Part shown: one piece after another, positions 27,792-42,261 of the stretch
Position numbering within the stretch: the first letter of the stretch is position 1
Layout of the letters: every line of letters starts with the position of its first letter
DNA from: Eledone cirrhosa
Lineage: Eukaryota
Length of the DNA stretch: 64,000 bases
Assembly (NCBI GenBank): GCA_964016885.1
Contig: OZ024742.1
Location: forward strand, 243,412,001-243,476,000
Reading direction: 5' to 3'
Made by a program: the position numbers and the translations under genes
Notes under the pieces: model-generated
Databases searched by the model: none
What the model saw: only the letters and a program-made list of their open reading frames with translations
Told to the model about the DNA's origin: nothing

Positions 27792-28329
27792 ATATATAGC
27801 AATAAAAAAGTGCCAATATAAATACATACGCACGCTAACACTAATAGAACAAAGGCTTGCATTTAAACAAACACAAGTACACAGACACAAACACTTAACA
27901 ATGAACAGAAAAGAACGGAAATTCTAAAATAAGATACGTCTGGACGAATAAATTAATCACCAGGAATTTTGACATACATACACCCCACGCGAGAATTTCC
28001 TCATTATATTTCGTCATAAATGTGATGCTTTGTTACATGACAGTTTCTCAGATGTCCACTTCGTTTTTGTGAAAATAGATGGGCAGTACCCTTCATGTCA
28101 GTACAAACATTATCACCACCATTATGATCGTCTGAAAACTATATTTATCTAGCTGATGTGCCATGCTTATGTTCCAACAACACAAACTTAGAAGATATTG
28201 AAAAGAAATAACAAGTGATCATATATTAACAGGCTGCAAAATGCAGTGTTCACAGATAAGAGTATATCTGGCATGGTTCTTTTTTAGCAAAGCTACTTAC
28301 GGACAACTGATACTGCACGACGCCAGGTC

Positions 28330-28650
28330 CGAACACAGAAGAGTCGAACTCCCACTGTTATCGCCTCCATCTCTCTCGCTCTCCCCATCTTTCTGTATGG
28401 TGAGCAAATAGGGTCACACGTGCTGGCCTCCCCACAGCCCCGGCGGACAGAATGGAGAAGGCGTTTCCCGGGGGATAGTAAGGGGGATGCGCTGGAAGAG
28501 CCATTCTGTCTCGCGAGGCTCACACCTGCAGCTAGCCAGCTCAGCGCCTATGGTGGTAAGTAGGGAGGTAGCCCTAGGGCCAAGGACACCACAAGTCTCC
28601 ACTGCTAGGGTCTCGACTGCAAACCTGTCGGAGAGCGACCAATACTTAAT
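28330..28650 (-). pseudogene. CRE-clade-like non-LTR retrotransposon 3' fragment
   Basis: KYWSLSDRFAVETLAVETCGVLGPRATSLLTTIGAELASCRCEPRETEWLFQRIPLTIPR matches the REL C-terminus pattern KY...ExxGxxGP...FQR. The same 3' tail recurs at 11225-11320 and 41330-41445. Confidence 0.7.
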
Positions 28651-28676
28651 AGTTCTACGGATCATTTCAGGGATCA

Positions 28677-28860
28677 GTAATTGTTTCTACGTTAGGCACA
28701 AGGCCAGCAATTATCCAGTGTATTACTGGTACTTTATTTTATCGACCCCGTAAGGATGAAAGGCAAAGTTAACCTTGGCGGGATTTGAACTCAGAATGGC
28801 AAGGGCCGTAACTCTATGCGCCAAAGCATGGCATCCGACACTCTACCAATACTGCCACAG
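28677..28860 (-). mobile_element. Family-B SINE
   Basis: Reverse complement of the family core. Confidence 0.8.
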
Positions 28861-28959
28861 TAATGATACACGTTAAATATCAACGTTGAGAGTAAAAGCT
28901 TTTCTGGTTTTGTTTTTTTGTTGCAATTGTTTCTTTTGCATGCTAAAAAGGTAAATTCA

Positions 28960-29160
28960 TATACGAACGCGAATACAAGTGTCCGAAATAGGGTTCCTCT
29001 GAATGGTCTTTTGTGGTAACGTTACTCGATAGATTGCATAGCTCGGAGATGAGAGAGTCGCTCCAGGTAGAGTGACTATTTCTCAGAATTGAGAGATCAC
29101 ACCTCCGATATTACGTACATGCGGTTAGAATGTCTCAGGAAAGAATCGCTGAATAGATTG
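28960..29160 (+). mobile_element. RTE LINE internal fragment
   Basis: Nucleotide similarity to 58040-58230 (GTAACGTTACTC...GCTCGGAGAT...CCAGGTAGA...GAATTGAGAGATCAC). Confidence 0.7.
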
Positions 29161-29857
29161 ATCCGACTGGACAATTGATCTAAGAATAATAAGAAGAAAC
29201 CGAAAAGGTCATAAATTATTGTAAATATGCCCGCTTAAACACTCCAGTTGCATTTTCAGCTTCTTTTTCCGTGTGGGATATATTAAATAACCTTACTTTC
29301 GAATATATATAAAGGAACGATCGACTTTCGTCAAATCGGACCGAGGGAACAATGTTTCCGTTGGTCTTTCCAATTACTAATACTATCTATAGGTCGCAAC
29401 TCCAGGTAGAAGGAATCGAACTCACAACCTTACGATTGCGAATCCAATTCCCTAATCACTCAGCCACACGCCTTCACAATATATATATATATATCACTGA
29501 AATAAATTCGATGACTTTCGTAAACTCTCTCTCTCTCTTTCTTTGATTTTGCAATATAATTTATTAATGAACTTTTTACTATATCAGACATATTTAAGTA
29601 GTTTGGTCCATTTTCTTTTAATATTCTGCCTTTACAAACATGACTGTGGATGAAACAAACTGCTTTCTCTATCTATACCGTCTATGGAATTCTGTTTTCA
29701 GTTGTCATGTCTAAATTATTTGAAGCAGTTTACTTCCATCCACAACCACCAGCGTTCAACAAGTACTTAGCTTGTGTGGGAGAGCGTGTGTGTGTCACTG
29801 TGTGTCAGTCTGTGTGTGTGTGCGTGTGTGTGTGTGTGGTGGGAAAAGGATATGCAT

Positions 29858-29891
<34 letters not shown>

Positions 29892-30137
29892 TGGGAAAGG
29901 GATATATATATATAAGTGTATCTGTGTGTCTGTCACTGTATGTCGGTCAGCATGTGTATGTGTGTGTATGTGTGTGGTGGGAATGGGATATATATATATA
30001 TGTGCGTGTGCGTGTGTATGTGTGTGTGTGGTGCGTGTGTATGTGTGTGGGTGTGTCATTGTATATCGGTCTCTGCGTGTGGAATTTTTGGCGTGTGGTG
30101 GGAAAGGGATACATAAGTGTATGTGTGTGTATGTCAC

Positions 30138-30255
<118 letters not shown>

Positions 30256-31092
30256 ATCTGTATGTCGTCTGCGTGTGAGGAATTTGTTTGCGTGTGGTGG
30301 CAAAGGGACATATAAGTGTATGTGTGTGTCAATTGTTGTGTGTCGGTCTGTGTATATGTGTGTGAGGAATTCTTTTGTGTGTGTTGGGAAGGGGATAAAT
30401 AATTCTTTCTATCTATTTTGTTGTTGTTGATGTTCTTGTGGAAGCTTCATGTTTTATATTCCATTTAAGTGTTGGTAACATAAGACAATGGGCTCTTTCG
30501 TCATCAGTTCCGCCTGTCCTTCATTTTAAAACACCCATCCGCTGAAGACTGCCACTGAATGGTATCATGTTGTGAAACATTGCCTCCATACATACATACA
30601 CATATGGTGGCTGCCAACTCGTTTTCGAGTATGGCCACTACTTTATATCCATGTAGGAGAACCCCTACCGATGCACTGAACGAGTGTGACTTTTTAGTCC
30701 AGCCAGCGACTTGAGAACTCTGGTACAAACACTACACTTGTGACAATTATTGACACATAGTGCTGGGCCCATGGCACCATGTGACGACAAGTGCAGAGAG
30801 GTCTCCAGATATAAAGCAATGCCTGTGTCGTGAAGCTTTTATAGTGAGCAAAGGCACTGCACAAAGCCAGTCCCACTCTCTTAACCAAGATGATATTTAC
30901 CAAAAAGAAGAACAAGTCAACATCATTGGATACCGACAGGGTTGTAGGTGTTATATCAGAGTTTTCCTTCTAGAATTCTGCCTTGACAAAGGCTAAGGGG
31001 TCATATATATATATATGTCACATATATATATATGTACTTACGTACATATATATACATACATACATACTTGCATACATACATACATACATACA

Positions 31093-31124
<32 letters not shown>

Positions 31125-31490
31125 CATACATACATACTTGCATACATACATACATCCATACGTACATACATACTTGCATACATACATACATACATACATA
31201 CATACATACATACATACATACATACGTACATACATACGTAATACATACATAAATATATACATACATACGTATATACATAATACATACATACATACTTACA
31301 TACGTATATACATAATATATACATACATACGTACGTACATATGTACATACATAAATACATACATGCATACATACATACATACATACATACATACATACAT
31401 ACATACATACATACATACATACATACATACATACATACATACATACATACATACATACATACATACATACATACATACATACATACATAC

Positions 31491-33221
31491 TTTCAGGGTG
31501 ATAGCTTGTCAGTACTACTCTTCGTTCTCTCACTGAATCCACTATCTTACCTACTCAGGAAACAAGGTGGACAAAGAAGTGGGCCCAGAAGTATCTCCCA
31601 TCTTTTCTTTGTTGATTACCTGAAGTTGTATGGGCCAAATATCAATGACATCAAGAAACAATTGGACCTCATTACACAATTTTCAACCGACATCAAAATG
31701 AAATTTGGTGAGGCCAAGTGTGCATATTTGGCAGTAAAACGTGGAAGAGCTGTGCCCTCCTCTAGAAATCTAGATATGAACGGCCTGACAATACAACCTC
31801 TGCAGTCAGGTGACAACTACAGATATCTTGGACAGGATGAGAATGTCAGATATGATGGACCCATAAATAAGGAGAGAACCAGAACTGAATACCTCAGAAG
31901 AGTAAAAAAATATGGTCATCAGAACTGTCAGCATACAACAAATACATTGCCCACAATACCTATGCTGTGCCAATTCTAACGCCAACATTTGGCCTACTGA
32001 ACTGGTCATTGCAAGAACTAAGTGAGATGGATGTTAGAACTCGAAAACTTCTCAGTGTTACTGGGAACTTTAACATCAATGGTGATGTGGATAGGCTATA
32101 CTTCTCACGCAAGGAAGGTGGCCGGGGTCTAAAATCAATATTAACAACATATGAGACCCGGATAGTAACACTGAAGCAACACCTTCAACAGAGGAAAAAG
32201 GTTGGCGACCATCTTGCTCAGGTTTAAGAGCATGAAAAAAGAAATATCATTAGAATAGCGACTGATCTGGAGGAGAGATATGGAATAAAGCCTGATATAA
32301 ATCTCTCACCCAGAGAAATCGGAAGATCCTATTCAATGTTCAAACAAGAAAAAAAAATTGACCAATTTACAGAGAAAGTTGTGCATGGATACTTGAGGCG
32401 TAAAACACAGACCATAGAGGGGATAAACCACTCAAAAAGCCTGGCATGGAGTTCCGACAAGTTTATGACATCACACCTTGAGGGATATCTCTATGCAATA
32501 CAGGAACAAGAACTCCCTACCAAATATCTGCTGCACAAAAGAGGAGGGCCAGCAGCTGACAATAAATGTAGGCTATGTAAAACAAAGATCGAGGATGTAA
32601 GCCACATTGTTGCCAGCTGCGAAAGAATGTCATCTCGCTACTACCTCCCCATGAGACACGATGGGATAGCTAGAACTATCTGGAACGCACTTCGGAAAAC
32701 AAAATTAACAACAAACGAGGAAGAATATATTGAGACAGATGGCACTAAGGAATACTGGTGGAACCTGAAAATAAAAACTGCCACCAAATTAAAGCACAAC
32801 CGGCCTGATATTGTAGTTTGGGACCACACATTGAAAACGTGTTCTGTTGTGGAGATCAGCTGCCCACTTGATGTAAACGTTGTCAGAAAAATACAGGAGA
32901 AGGAGGACATCTACGGACCATTGATGAGGAGCTTACAAATCCAGTATCCAAGATACACCTTTAGCTTCATACCCATCATTGTTGGTGCTACGGGTTATAT
33001 ACCAACCCGCTTGGACCAAAGTATGACCGAACTTGGATTTGCGGACAAAAAGCGCAGCTCCCTAATTCATAGTCTACAAATGGCTGCGATAGCTGGCACC
33101 TTCAAAATATGCAAAACATTCTTGCGATTCAAGGGATGACAATTTCTTTTCTTTTACAACCTTGCCACCAGGAAGGTGGCCGGTCAAAAAAAATATACTC
33201 GAAATTAAGAGAAAGAGAAAA
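31491..33221 (+). mobile_element. 5'-truncated R4/Dong-clade non-LTR retrotransposon (RT, CCHC, REL endonuclease) inserted in (TACA)n
   Basis: RT motifs FQGDSLS...SHLFFVDYLKLY (second catalytic D mutated), RLYFSRKEGGRGL, zinc knuckle CRLC...HIVASC, RHD, and NRPDIVVWD..EISCP. One frameshift near 31905 and a stop at about 32225. The ORF ends at 33139. Confidence 0.92.
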
Positions 33222-33517
33222 CATACGTACGTACGTACATACATACATACATACATACATACATACATACATACATACATACATACATACATACATACGT
33301 ACATACATGTATAGACAGACATACATACATACATACATACATACATACATACATACATACATACATACATACATACATGAACATTTACTCAGCGACAGGT
33401 CTGCTTGTTTGTTGTGTCTTTACACATACTTACATGCACACTCACACATACGCACACACACACACATACGCACACACACACATACACACACACACACACA
33501 TACACATTCACACACAC

Positions 33518-33569
<52 letters not shown>

Positions 33570-33658
33570 TGTGTGGCAATAAAATCTTAATAACCTTAAT
33601 AACGTCAGGAGTATAAATCTGTCTTTACCCTTTCTTCCTCTTTCTCTTCTCTTTCTAT

Positions 33659-33722
<64 letters not shown>

Positions 33723-34286
33723 ATTTATCCTCACTTCTTTTACTATTAATAAAATCAATCAATAAGTGGAAGAATACAAATATGCAAGACTTTTCATGAG
33801 TTCAGACCGGAACTCATATCGTTTTTGTCATCCAAACTCCAGCAATGGAGTCGTGTTTCTTTGTAAGTAACTAGTTCATTTTTTGTATCAATTTGGTCTT
33901 GACGTAGAAACTGTGTCCGTTCCTCCGATGCCGTTAACGTTCATCCGAAATTGTACTTCGATGACTACAGAAAAGTCATGTACAGGGAGAAAATTGTTGA
34001 GACAAGTCCTGGGAAGAAACGGCTTGGCGTAGGGGTTTATGTAGGGCCTGGCGGATTGGACACTATATGTTATGTAAAAGAGGAGAAACTAGTTAATGGA
34101 GATTGCATAAATGAAGCAGCACGAAACCAGCCAACTCCGAGGAGCAGAAGTCATTGTAGTATCGATAGAAGACGAAGGGAGAAGAGGTAGCACAACAGAG
34201 GAAGAAAGGTTGGAGTATGTGTATGACTTCATACGGATTAGTCAAGTGATTTTTCTAGATTGCGTGTGCATATGTGTGTGTGTGTG

Positions 34287-34353
<67 letters not shown>

Positions 34354-35581
34354 CAGCAGCACCATCCTATATGAGGGAGAAGTATTCCATTATTAGCCTC
34401 CCTAAGCTTTGTATGGAGTTAGTATTTGCTATGTTAAGTATGAACTTATGTTACCTTAGCAATTAGTAGATAGAAACTCTCTATTATGGTGTTTAAAACT
34501 TTAAAAACACAGAGAAAGGAGATAACCCCAATAAGATCAGTGAATCGAAAATTTAGATTCTACAAACAATGCAGATTGGATATAAATAGAATAAAGTGTT
34601 GAGTCCTTACAGCGATCAACCTCGTCCGTCACTTCCTCTGCCTCTTATCTTTCTTCCTTCGCTTCTTCATGCATTTTCCATTGTTCATCACCTCATTTTG
34701 AACTTCTCAAGTAGAAGAGGAAACTTAACAGAAAGAAATCCCTCACACTGGTCTTATTTCTCTTCCTTCTCTTCATCCTTTTTACGTTTTTTCTGTCTTA
34801 TGTTTTTTTCTGTTCCTTCATCTTTTTGTTTGTTTTCCTTCTTCACCTCCCTTTTTACCATTTCTTCTCTGTCTTTTAACCCCACCACCTTTTTCATATA
34901 CCCCGCTTTTCAATTTTACCATTTCTTCCTTTCTTTTTTTTTTCTCTTTTTTCTTTTCTCTGTCTTCATCATGATTTATTTATTATTTTCCTAAATTTCA
35001 AAATTTTAACTCAAGAAATTCTGCTTCATCGTCAAATATAGAAATGTGGAATCACCACGAAATATGGACATGTTGAAACATGAAATGTGGGGGGGGGGGG
35101 GGGGCAATGAAATGTGGAAATATTACTAAAAGATATTCAGTTGTTGAACTTCGTGAAGAATCGACCTTTAACTGTTGGGAAGAAATAGGGAAGTTATTGA
35201 ATTTGTTTAAACTGGTGTGCAAGAAGTTTGCTTTTGGTGAGCCAAGCCTCAACTGCAATTTCTAAGGATGAAGACAATTTCTTTCATTTACATTGTTAAT
35301 AACATTCGGGATTATATAAACGATACATGATACCATTCTCTACCTTTGTGAATATCTTAGCCTAGTTCCTAAATTAGCAGGAGATATTTATGCATTTATT
35401 ACAACGCAAGTAAGAGCAGTAAATTGGCAGTATCAGTAGAGCGTGGAACAAAATGGTCAACTTCGCCTTTCACCCTTTGGGTGGTTGATAAAATAGCTGA
35501 TACCGATTATATGCCGATAAATTGATGCAACTTTACTTCTAACTCATGTTAATGAATATGTTTCTCTGTTTTCTTTTTCAG

Positions 35582-35692
35582 AGTATCATTACAGCTGATG
35601 GGGATAAATTCGTTGAGAAACATACGGGAGAGAGTCTACAAGGTGCCGAGATGCATATTATTAGGAGGATAGAAAATGGCAATATGATTGTG
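35582..35692 (+). CDS. Fatty acid-binding protein (FABP/iLBP family), penultimate coding exon
   Basis: Polypyrimidine tract and CAG acceptor, GTGAGT donor, phase 0/0, 111 nt. SIITADGDKFVEKHTGESLQGAEMHIIRRIENGNMIV matches FABP exon 3 (SxxTxDGxKxV...IxRxxxxGxxxx). Confidence 0.85.
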
Positions 35693-35744
35693 GTGAGTAT
35701 CTCCATGCTAGCTTCCATTGTTTATTAAGCAATACATGAAGGCA

Positions 35745-36200
35745 TCGGAGCGGTGAATTGGCAGCACCGCTAAAGCGTTTGACAAAATACTTTGCGGCAT
35801 TGTGGATTGGCAGTATCGGTAAAGAGTCGGACGCTATGCTTTGCAGCATAGAGTTACGGCCCTTTGCGGTCTTAGTTCAAATCCCGCCGAGATTAACTTT
35901 GCCTTTCATCCTTACGAGGTCGATAAAATAAAGTACCAGTAATGCACTGGGATAATTGCCAAAAGTAGAAACAATTATTCTGGTGGATTAGCAGTGTCGG
36001 TAGGCTATCGGAGAACATGCTTCGCAGCATAGAGTTACGACTCTTTACGTTCTGAGTTCAAATCTCACCGAGTTTAGCTTTAGTTTTCATCCTTACGGGG
36101 CCGATAAAATAAAGCACCAGTAATGCACTGGTGTCGATTTAATCGACTTGCCCTTCCCCAAAAAATTGTTGGCCTTGTGCCTAAATCAGAAACCATTATT
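35745..36200 (+). mobile_element. Two head-to-tail family-B SINEs in the FABP intron
   Basis: Family core occurs twice, with ATTATT tails. Confidence 0.85.
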
Positions 36201-36482
36201 TTGTGGTCGATAAAATAAGTAGCAGTCGAGTATATTAGCAACAATAGGTCCTATGCCTGCTGTTCAATAATGGACAGTTTCAGAACGACATATACCTACG
36301 GAGATTTACGGGCCCAGCATGCGTAATATACGCAATATACACAATATACATACGCATTATGTAGTCGGAAAAAAATATGAGGAAATATGTCTTCTCTCCG
36401 ATGTTATAGGCATGAGTTTGAGCTTAGCTCTGCTAGTAAACGACATCCGTCGTGAAACTTATGCTGGTCCTATTGCTTACAA

Positions 36483-36655
36483 CAGACCTGCCAACCTCTA
36501 AAAACCCAAACGGAGAGTACCATGAAAAAAAAGTGCCCCAAAACGGGGAGAAATGAGGCAAAATGGGGAGATTTTACATAATGAAAGCTATACCCATTTT
36601 CACTCCAAAATGAGTGGGAGATCTCCCCGTCAGACGGGGAGGGTTGACAGGTCTG
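36483..36655. mobile_element. MITE
   Basis: TIRs CAGACCTGCCAACC / GGTTGACAGGTCTG. The TSD is not clear. Confidence 0.65.
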
Positions 36656-37345
36656 TTACAGTATACAAATATACATCTACACAATACCTATGAACAGTAT
36701 GAATCATTGAAGATTAAGTCTAAGTATTTTAAATGCACGCATATATACACAAACATCACACGCGTTCGTACGAACCTAATACAATAGAAACCGTTTATTG
36801 TAATGTTATAAAATGGTTATTGTTATCAAAACTGGGTGGTCACAAACATGATCAAGAGGTAACTAGATCCTCTGCTTAATGTTATCTAAAATCTCTGTCC
36901 CCAAGTAATCACAATAAGCAGCTTCAACCGTATATATGTAAGTGTTTGTTTATGCTTATATATATATATATATAAGCATTATTTAAAAACTAGTCTGTTA
37001 GTTGGGATTTTAAAAAACCCTCTGAATGGATTTTTAAAATCCGAACTAACCGACTAATTTTATTTGGTCAAATACGGCGTAAGCACATATTAATACCTAA
37101 TTTTTATATATATTCGCAGTACTTGACATATGTTATGCACTCACATTCACATATACAAACGCTCCAACACAAGCACAGAGAAATATTTCTACCCGCGTGA
37201 GTAGAGACAGTTGATAACTTTGGAAACGTTCCTGAAATAGGAATCGTAAATGATTCTGAAATTAGGGCTTACTCATGTGAGCCCTTCAAATGTGCGCCAC
37301 TACATTCTGAACATTATATGTGCTCTATCTTATTACGATCTAGAG

Positions 37346-37514
37346 CAGTGGTTCCCAAAGTTGGTTCCGCAAAGGGGGGGGGGTATGGGGTTCCTGAAAA
37401 AGATAGAGAAGTATGTTTATATTACGACCATATAACAGTATTAGACTTTGGGATTTCCCCAAAAGGTTCTGAACCAAAAAGGGTTCCTCGTTTGAAAAAG
37501 TTTGGGAAACCCTG
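37346..37514. mobile_element. hAT (Charlie/MER5-like) MITE
   Basis: TIRs CAGTGGTTCCCAAA / TTTGGGAAACCCTG with an 8-bp TSD ATCTAGAG/ATCTAGAT. Confidence 0.85.
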
Positions 37515-38647
37515 ATCTAGATGAATGATCAGGTGTGGTAACGTGACCGACGACAAAGTTGGGATCCGGTTTGGGTGATAAAGGAGAGTGGGAGGAAATG
37601 TGAACCAAACCTCCCTCAAACCGTACCCAATCATCTATTTAGAAAAAAAGATATTATGTATAATATAGTCTGGGAAACTGTATTTCTTGTAAGCCGTCCC
37701 TTTAAAAATCACTGACGGGGTGGCTATAGCTTGATGTCTTTGATTGTCTGGTGCTTGATCAGGACTGATCTGTGTCTAAATAAACGCAGCAATGACAATT
37801 CTTTGGTCTTCCGATTATATACTTTCCTCGCTCTCTGCTCATATATTTCTAAAAGGAGTAGCCCTAAAACAATTTAAACTATTCCTAAATTGCTTCCCCT
37901 CCCTATTCTTCTATGACCCTAGAGTCCTTGCCTGTCCTTTCTTTTTCCTTTTTCATAACCACAAAAGACACTTGAGTATTTTACAATAACTCGAATATTT
38001 AAACTAATTATCAACAGCGCCAATGTTTCTGGTCTTGGAGTGTTTGTGAAGGCCATAGACGCTGTCCCTTTCCCCAAATCCAAGAAACTTTTTAAAAATT
38101 TCAATATCATAAAAACATTCGCTCTATATGAAGTAATAAAACATGTTATTACTTCATATAGGGTGAACAGGCAACGACATAACCGCACTTTTTACACATT
38201 GCTGCATTGTCACAAAATGTAGAGACTCTTCTCCGTGAACGAATTTTTTAACAGACAAGGCAACCGGTTCAGACAGTAATTAAAGCTATTGTATTCTAAC
38301 GTATCTGGTAATTCTAATTACAGTTCATTCTAGGACATATTGCTTACTCTAAATAACTGTTTACTGGGATTTGGAAATCGGTGTCATTCTAAAATATTCG
38401 ATATTAAATGCTACATTGAAGACCAGTTTTGTAGCTTTCTGACTTTGCTTTGTTGAATTCTGTGTGGTTTGAGGTTTTAAGGAAAATCTACATTATTAAA
38501 GTCTTCTTGTGTTACGTGTAATTGACTTGTCATCAAGGTCACGTTACTATAGACCAATGCAAATCAGAAGTAAATTCTTTTTGGTCATTATCTGTTAGTA
38601 ATTTATCAAAAGAGTAGCCACCAATATATATATATGTGTGTGTGTGA

Positions 38648-38744
<97 letters not shown>

Positions 38745-38840
38745 CCGAAGAGATTGTTTTGGTAAAAACGGGAACAAGCCGGAGAAAGCTCTCAACATTC
38801 GTAGTTTGTAGTTACGATAGAGATTCAGTATAATTATAAA

Positions 38841-39130
38841 ATTAATAAAGATGTTGATGTTACATAAATCGTTTATTCATTATAATTATTTTAACGGTTC
38901 TCCCATGCAATCAAGATGTAATTCATGCATTTGTTGTTGTTATCCGCAGATGAAATTCAATTTTGTGATATGCCGCCGGCAGGAAAAACACGTCCTTCTG
39001 CTCGTGCGTCCATCTGAGGATACCGTTCTCATAACAACAACAAATGCATGCATTACATCTTCGTTGCATGGGAGAACCGTTGAAATAATTATAATGAATA
39101 GACGATTTATGTAACAGCATCTTTATTAAT
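38841..39130. repeat. Fold-back/MITE-like element with about 100-bp inverted arms
   Basis: Arms at 38841-38943 and 39031-39130. Confidence 0.8.
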
Positions 39131-39136
39131 ATTATT

Positions 39137-39328
39137 TGGATTGGAAGTATCGGTAGAGGGTCGGACGCCATGGTTTGAAGCATAGAGTTACCTCCCTTTA
39201 TGATCTGAGTTCAAATCCCGCCGAGGTTAACTTTGCCTTTCATCCTTACGGGGTCGATAAAATAAAGTACCAGTAATGCACTGGGTAATTGCTGGCCTTG
39301 TGCAAAAAAGTAGAAACAATTATTATTA
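39137..39328 (+). mobile_element. Family-B SINE
   Basis: Complete head, core and ATT tail. Confidence 0.85.
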
Positions 39329-40546
39329 TATATATACATATATATATAAAGAGTATAAATCCAGTTCCAGGATGAATATCCAATGTAGGAATTCAACGAA
39401 TTTGGGGTGTCTACGTAAGCTTTGATATATGTGTGTAAGCAAAATTTAAACAGAAAGAACAAAGCAAACGACACAGTACAATAAAGAAATATATAATGCT
39501 TGATATGGTAGGAAAAGAATCTTAATGTTTCGAACCCTAGTCCTTTATCAGAAGATAGAATAAGAAATAAAAGATGAAATAGAAAGATAAGAGAGGAAGG
39601 AAAATAAAAATAAAAATTGAGAAAGGCCAGGTGTGTACTCAGTCAGCCATTTTGGATAAATGCTGGTCAGTGGATATCTTAGGTACTAGAGAGGTTTAGA
39701 AAAGTTGGTTATCATTATACGTTTTGAGTGGACTTGTGTGTGCGTAACTTACGGTCATACCACGAAATGAAATATATAAGGCTACGATCATCTTCGGTAC
39801 CGCCTCCTTTTCTATACAACCCTTTACAACTTCTTCTACAACGTATGTGTCTATGTATATGCAGAATTTCATATACATTTGAGCATCTCAGTCCATTGGT
39901 CAGTTCACGTACGTCTGCTCACTGACACCTTGACACTCTCACAGCAGCCAATCCCGTCACAGTCTAACGCCAATCCTTCAAACCTTTGCACAAACAAACG
40001 AACAATACTACACACGCACACGCACACACACACACGCGCACGCACACACATGTTCACTCAAAATATAGTGATTACCACCCTTTCTAAACCTCTCTAATAC
40101 CAGTATTTCTCCAACATAGCTAACTAAATACACGTGTTTTTTCTCAAAAAAATGCTTTCCGTTCCTTCACCTCACTTTCTGTCTTTCTATTTCATCTTTT
40201 ATTTCTCGTATTCTACTATGGAAAGACTACTGACCGAAACGTTAAGACTTTTTTCCTAGAATATCAAGTGTTAAACTAATATATTTCTTCATTGTACTGT
40301 GCTGTTTGCTTTATTGTTTCTGTTTACTTTTTGTATATATATATATAGTTATTTTTCTCTAAAAACATTTTTTTCCGATTCCACCCTGCCCGTCCCTTCA
40401 ATCTTTCTAATTTCTCATTCTTTCTTATGATGCAGGACTAGCGTCCTAAACGTAAAGACCCTCTTCCTTTTTTTTCAAACATTAACCACCTAATATATTC
40501 TTTCCATATACTGTACCGATTGTGTTGTTATTTCTGTTTACCTTTT

Positions 40547-40600
<54 letters not shown>

Positions 40601-40714
40601 CAAAAATTAAGATAAATTAAATGAATTTAATCTAAATCGAAATTGTGGGTGTCATGCCATAACGGCGTGCGCCATATTGCCTGGAAATAAGCTCAAAGAT
40701 AGGTCCGAGCATTT

Positions 40715-40982
40715 TATAATAACTAGAAATTGATTAACATATATATATACATGAATAATCACAGGAGATAATTTTTACAAGCGTGTAACCACGCATGGCT
40801 AGTTGGGTAACAAATAAATAAAGTTGACTACAATCATACTTAAAGGTATATATCTTTGAAGTTGTAGTCAACTTTATTTATTTGTTACCCAACTAGCCAT
40901 GCGTGGTTACACGCTTGTAAAAATTATCTCCTGTGATTATTCATGTATATATATATATGTTAATCAATTTTTAGTTATTATA
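40715..40982. repeat. Near-perfect inverted repeat (about 119-bp arms, 28-bp spacer)
   Basis: Arms at 40715-40833 and 40862-40982. Confidence 0.9.
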
Positions 40983-42261
40983 TATATATATATATTCGCA
41001 GTATTTGACATATGTTAGGCACTCACGATCACATATACTGTTGATTGAACATAAGCATTGTAAGCATTGTAACGAATTCATTTCTCGGGACGAAAGCTTG
41101 TGAAACTTATTTTCTTGAAACTCTTTCTTACAAACGGAAAGAAAGGAAGATGATATTACCATTATTTTCTGAATAGTTTACTTTACTACTGCTTGTCTTT
41201 CACACACAATAGAGTAGATTTTATGGTGTTAATCAAATATGGTTCTAGAATGATACCACTCAAATGTTAAACTGTTGTCTCCTGGCCTGAGAAATGTGGG
41301 TTTCCTAAGATCCTCCTCCGGGAAAACGTCTTCTCTATTCTGTCCGTTGGGGCCGCGGGGTGGCCAGTGCGTGGGCCCCCATTTGCTCATTATAGTGAGA
41401 GATGAAGAGAGCAGGAGAGACGGAGGCAGTGACAGTGGAAGTTTGGTTCTTTTGTGTTCGAACCTGATGTATATGTATTGGGTCATCAAGTATGAAATTT
41501 GTAGAAAAAAACATATGACCATATGCCTCACTACAAATTTCATACCTGGTGGCCCAATATATGTTCCACGAACACACACTCACGCGTTTGGAATTGTATA
41601 TCTTCTGTTATATTGCTGTAGAACTTATTTCTATAGGAAACACACCATGTCCCGTCTTTACTTAATGCATTGTGAATTCTATTTAACACAGAGGTTGAGC
41701 AGTAGTAAATAAAACTATAGCATAGATCTATTTTAATTATATTTTAAAAGCTATATAGATGAGAATTTCTTAAAGATTGGCATGGAAATTTTTAAAGAGA
41801 AATTCTCCACAACACATTCTCAGAGGATGGAGATTAGATATAGTATAAACTGAAACCAGTTTATAAATGTATTAAAATGAACATAAAGCCGACATGATGT
41901 AAGAAAATGAAAGAGAAATTCGTTCAATGCATTTTAAAAGTAGAAGAGGGAATGTTTTAAACTCGATATTAGTCTCTTTTAGCGTATTTTGTATGTTAGT
42001 TATTCTAATGCAACGGGAAATGAGGATTGGTGTACGTAACGAATGCCAATATTTGTTAGACGAAATAAATTCTACAAGAGAAAGAAATGTCAATGGTTAT
42101 GTCTGATCATCAAGCGAAAAATTTCTCTCACATGTTCTTTTTTTTCTGTCTGCCATTACTCTCATTATCAGAACATATTAATGTGTTCATATGATACTTT
42201 CTTTGTGCTACTTTTTTAATGTTTTATTTCCTGCATTATGTTATTATTTCATCTTTTACAG

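Noticed and set aside
39520-39556. Hammerhead-like CTGATAA...GAAAC on the minus strand as an active ribozyme
   Set aside because: C3-A8 is an uncompensated mismatch and stem II is weakened, so I treat it as a decayed copy.
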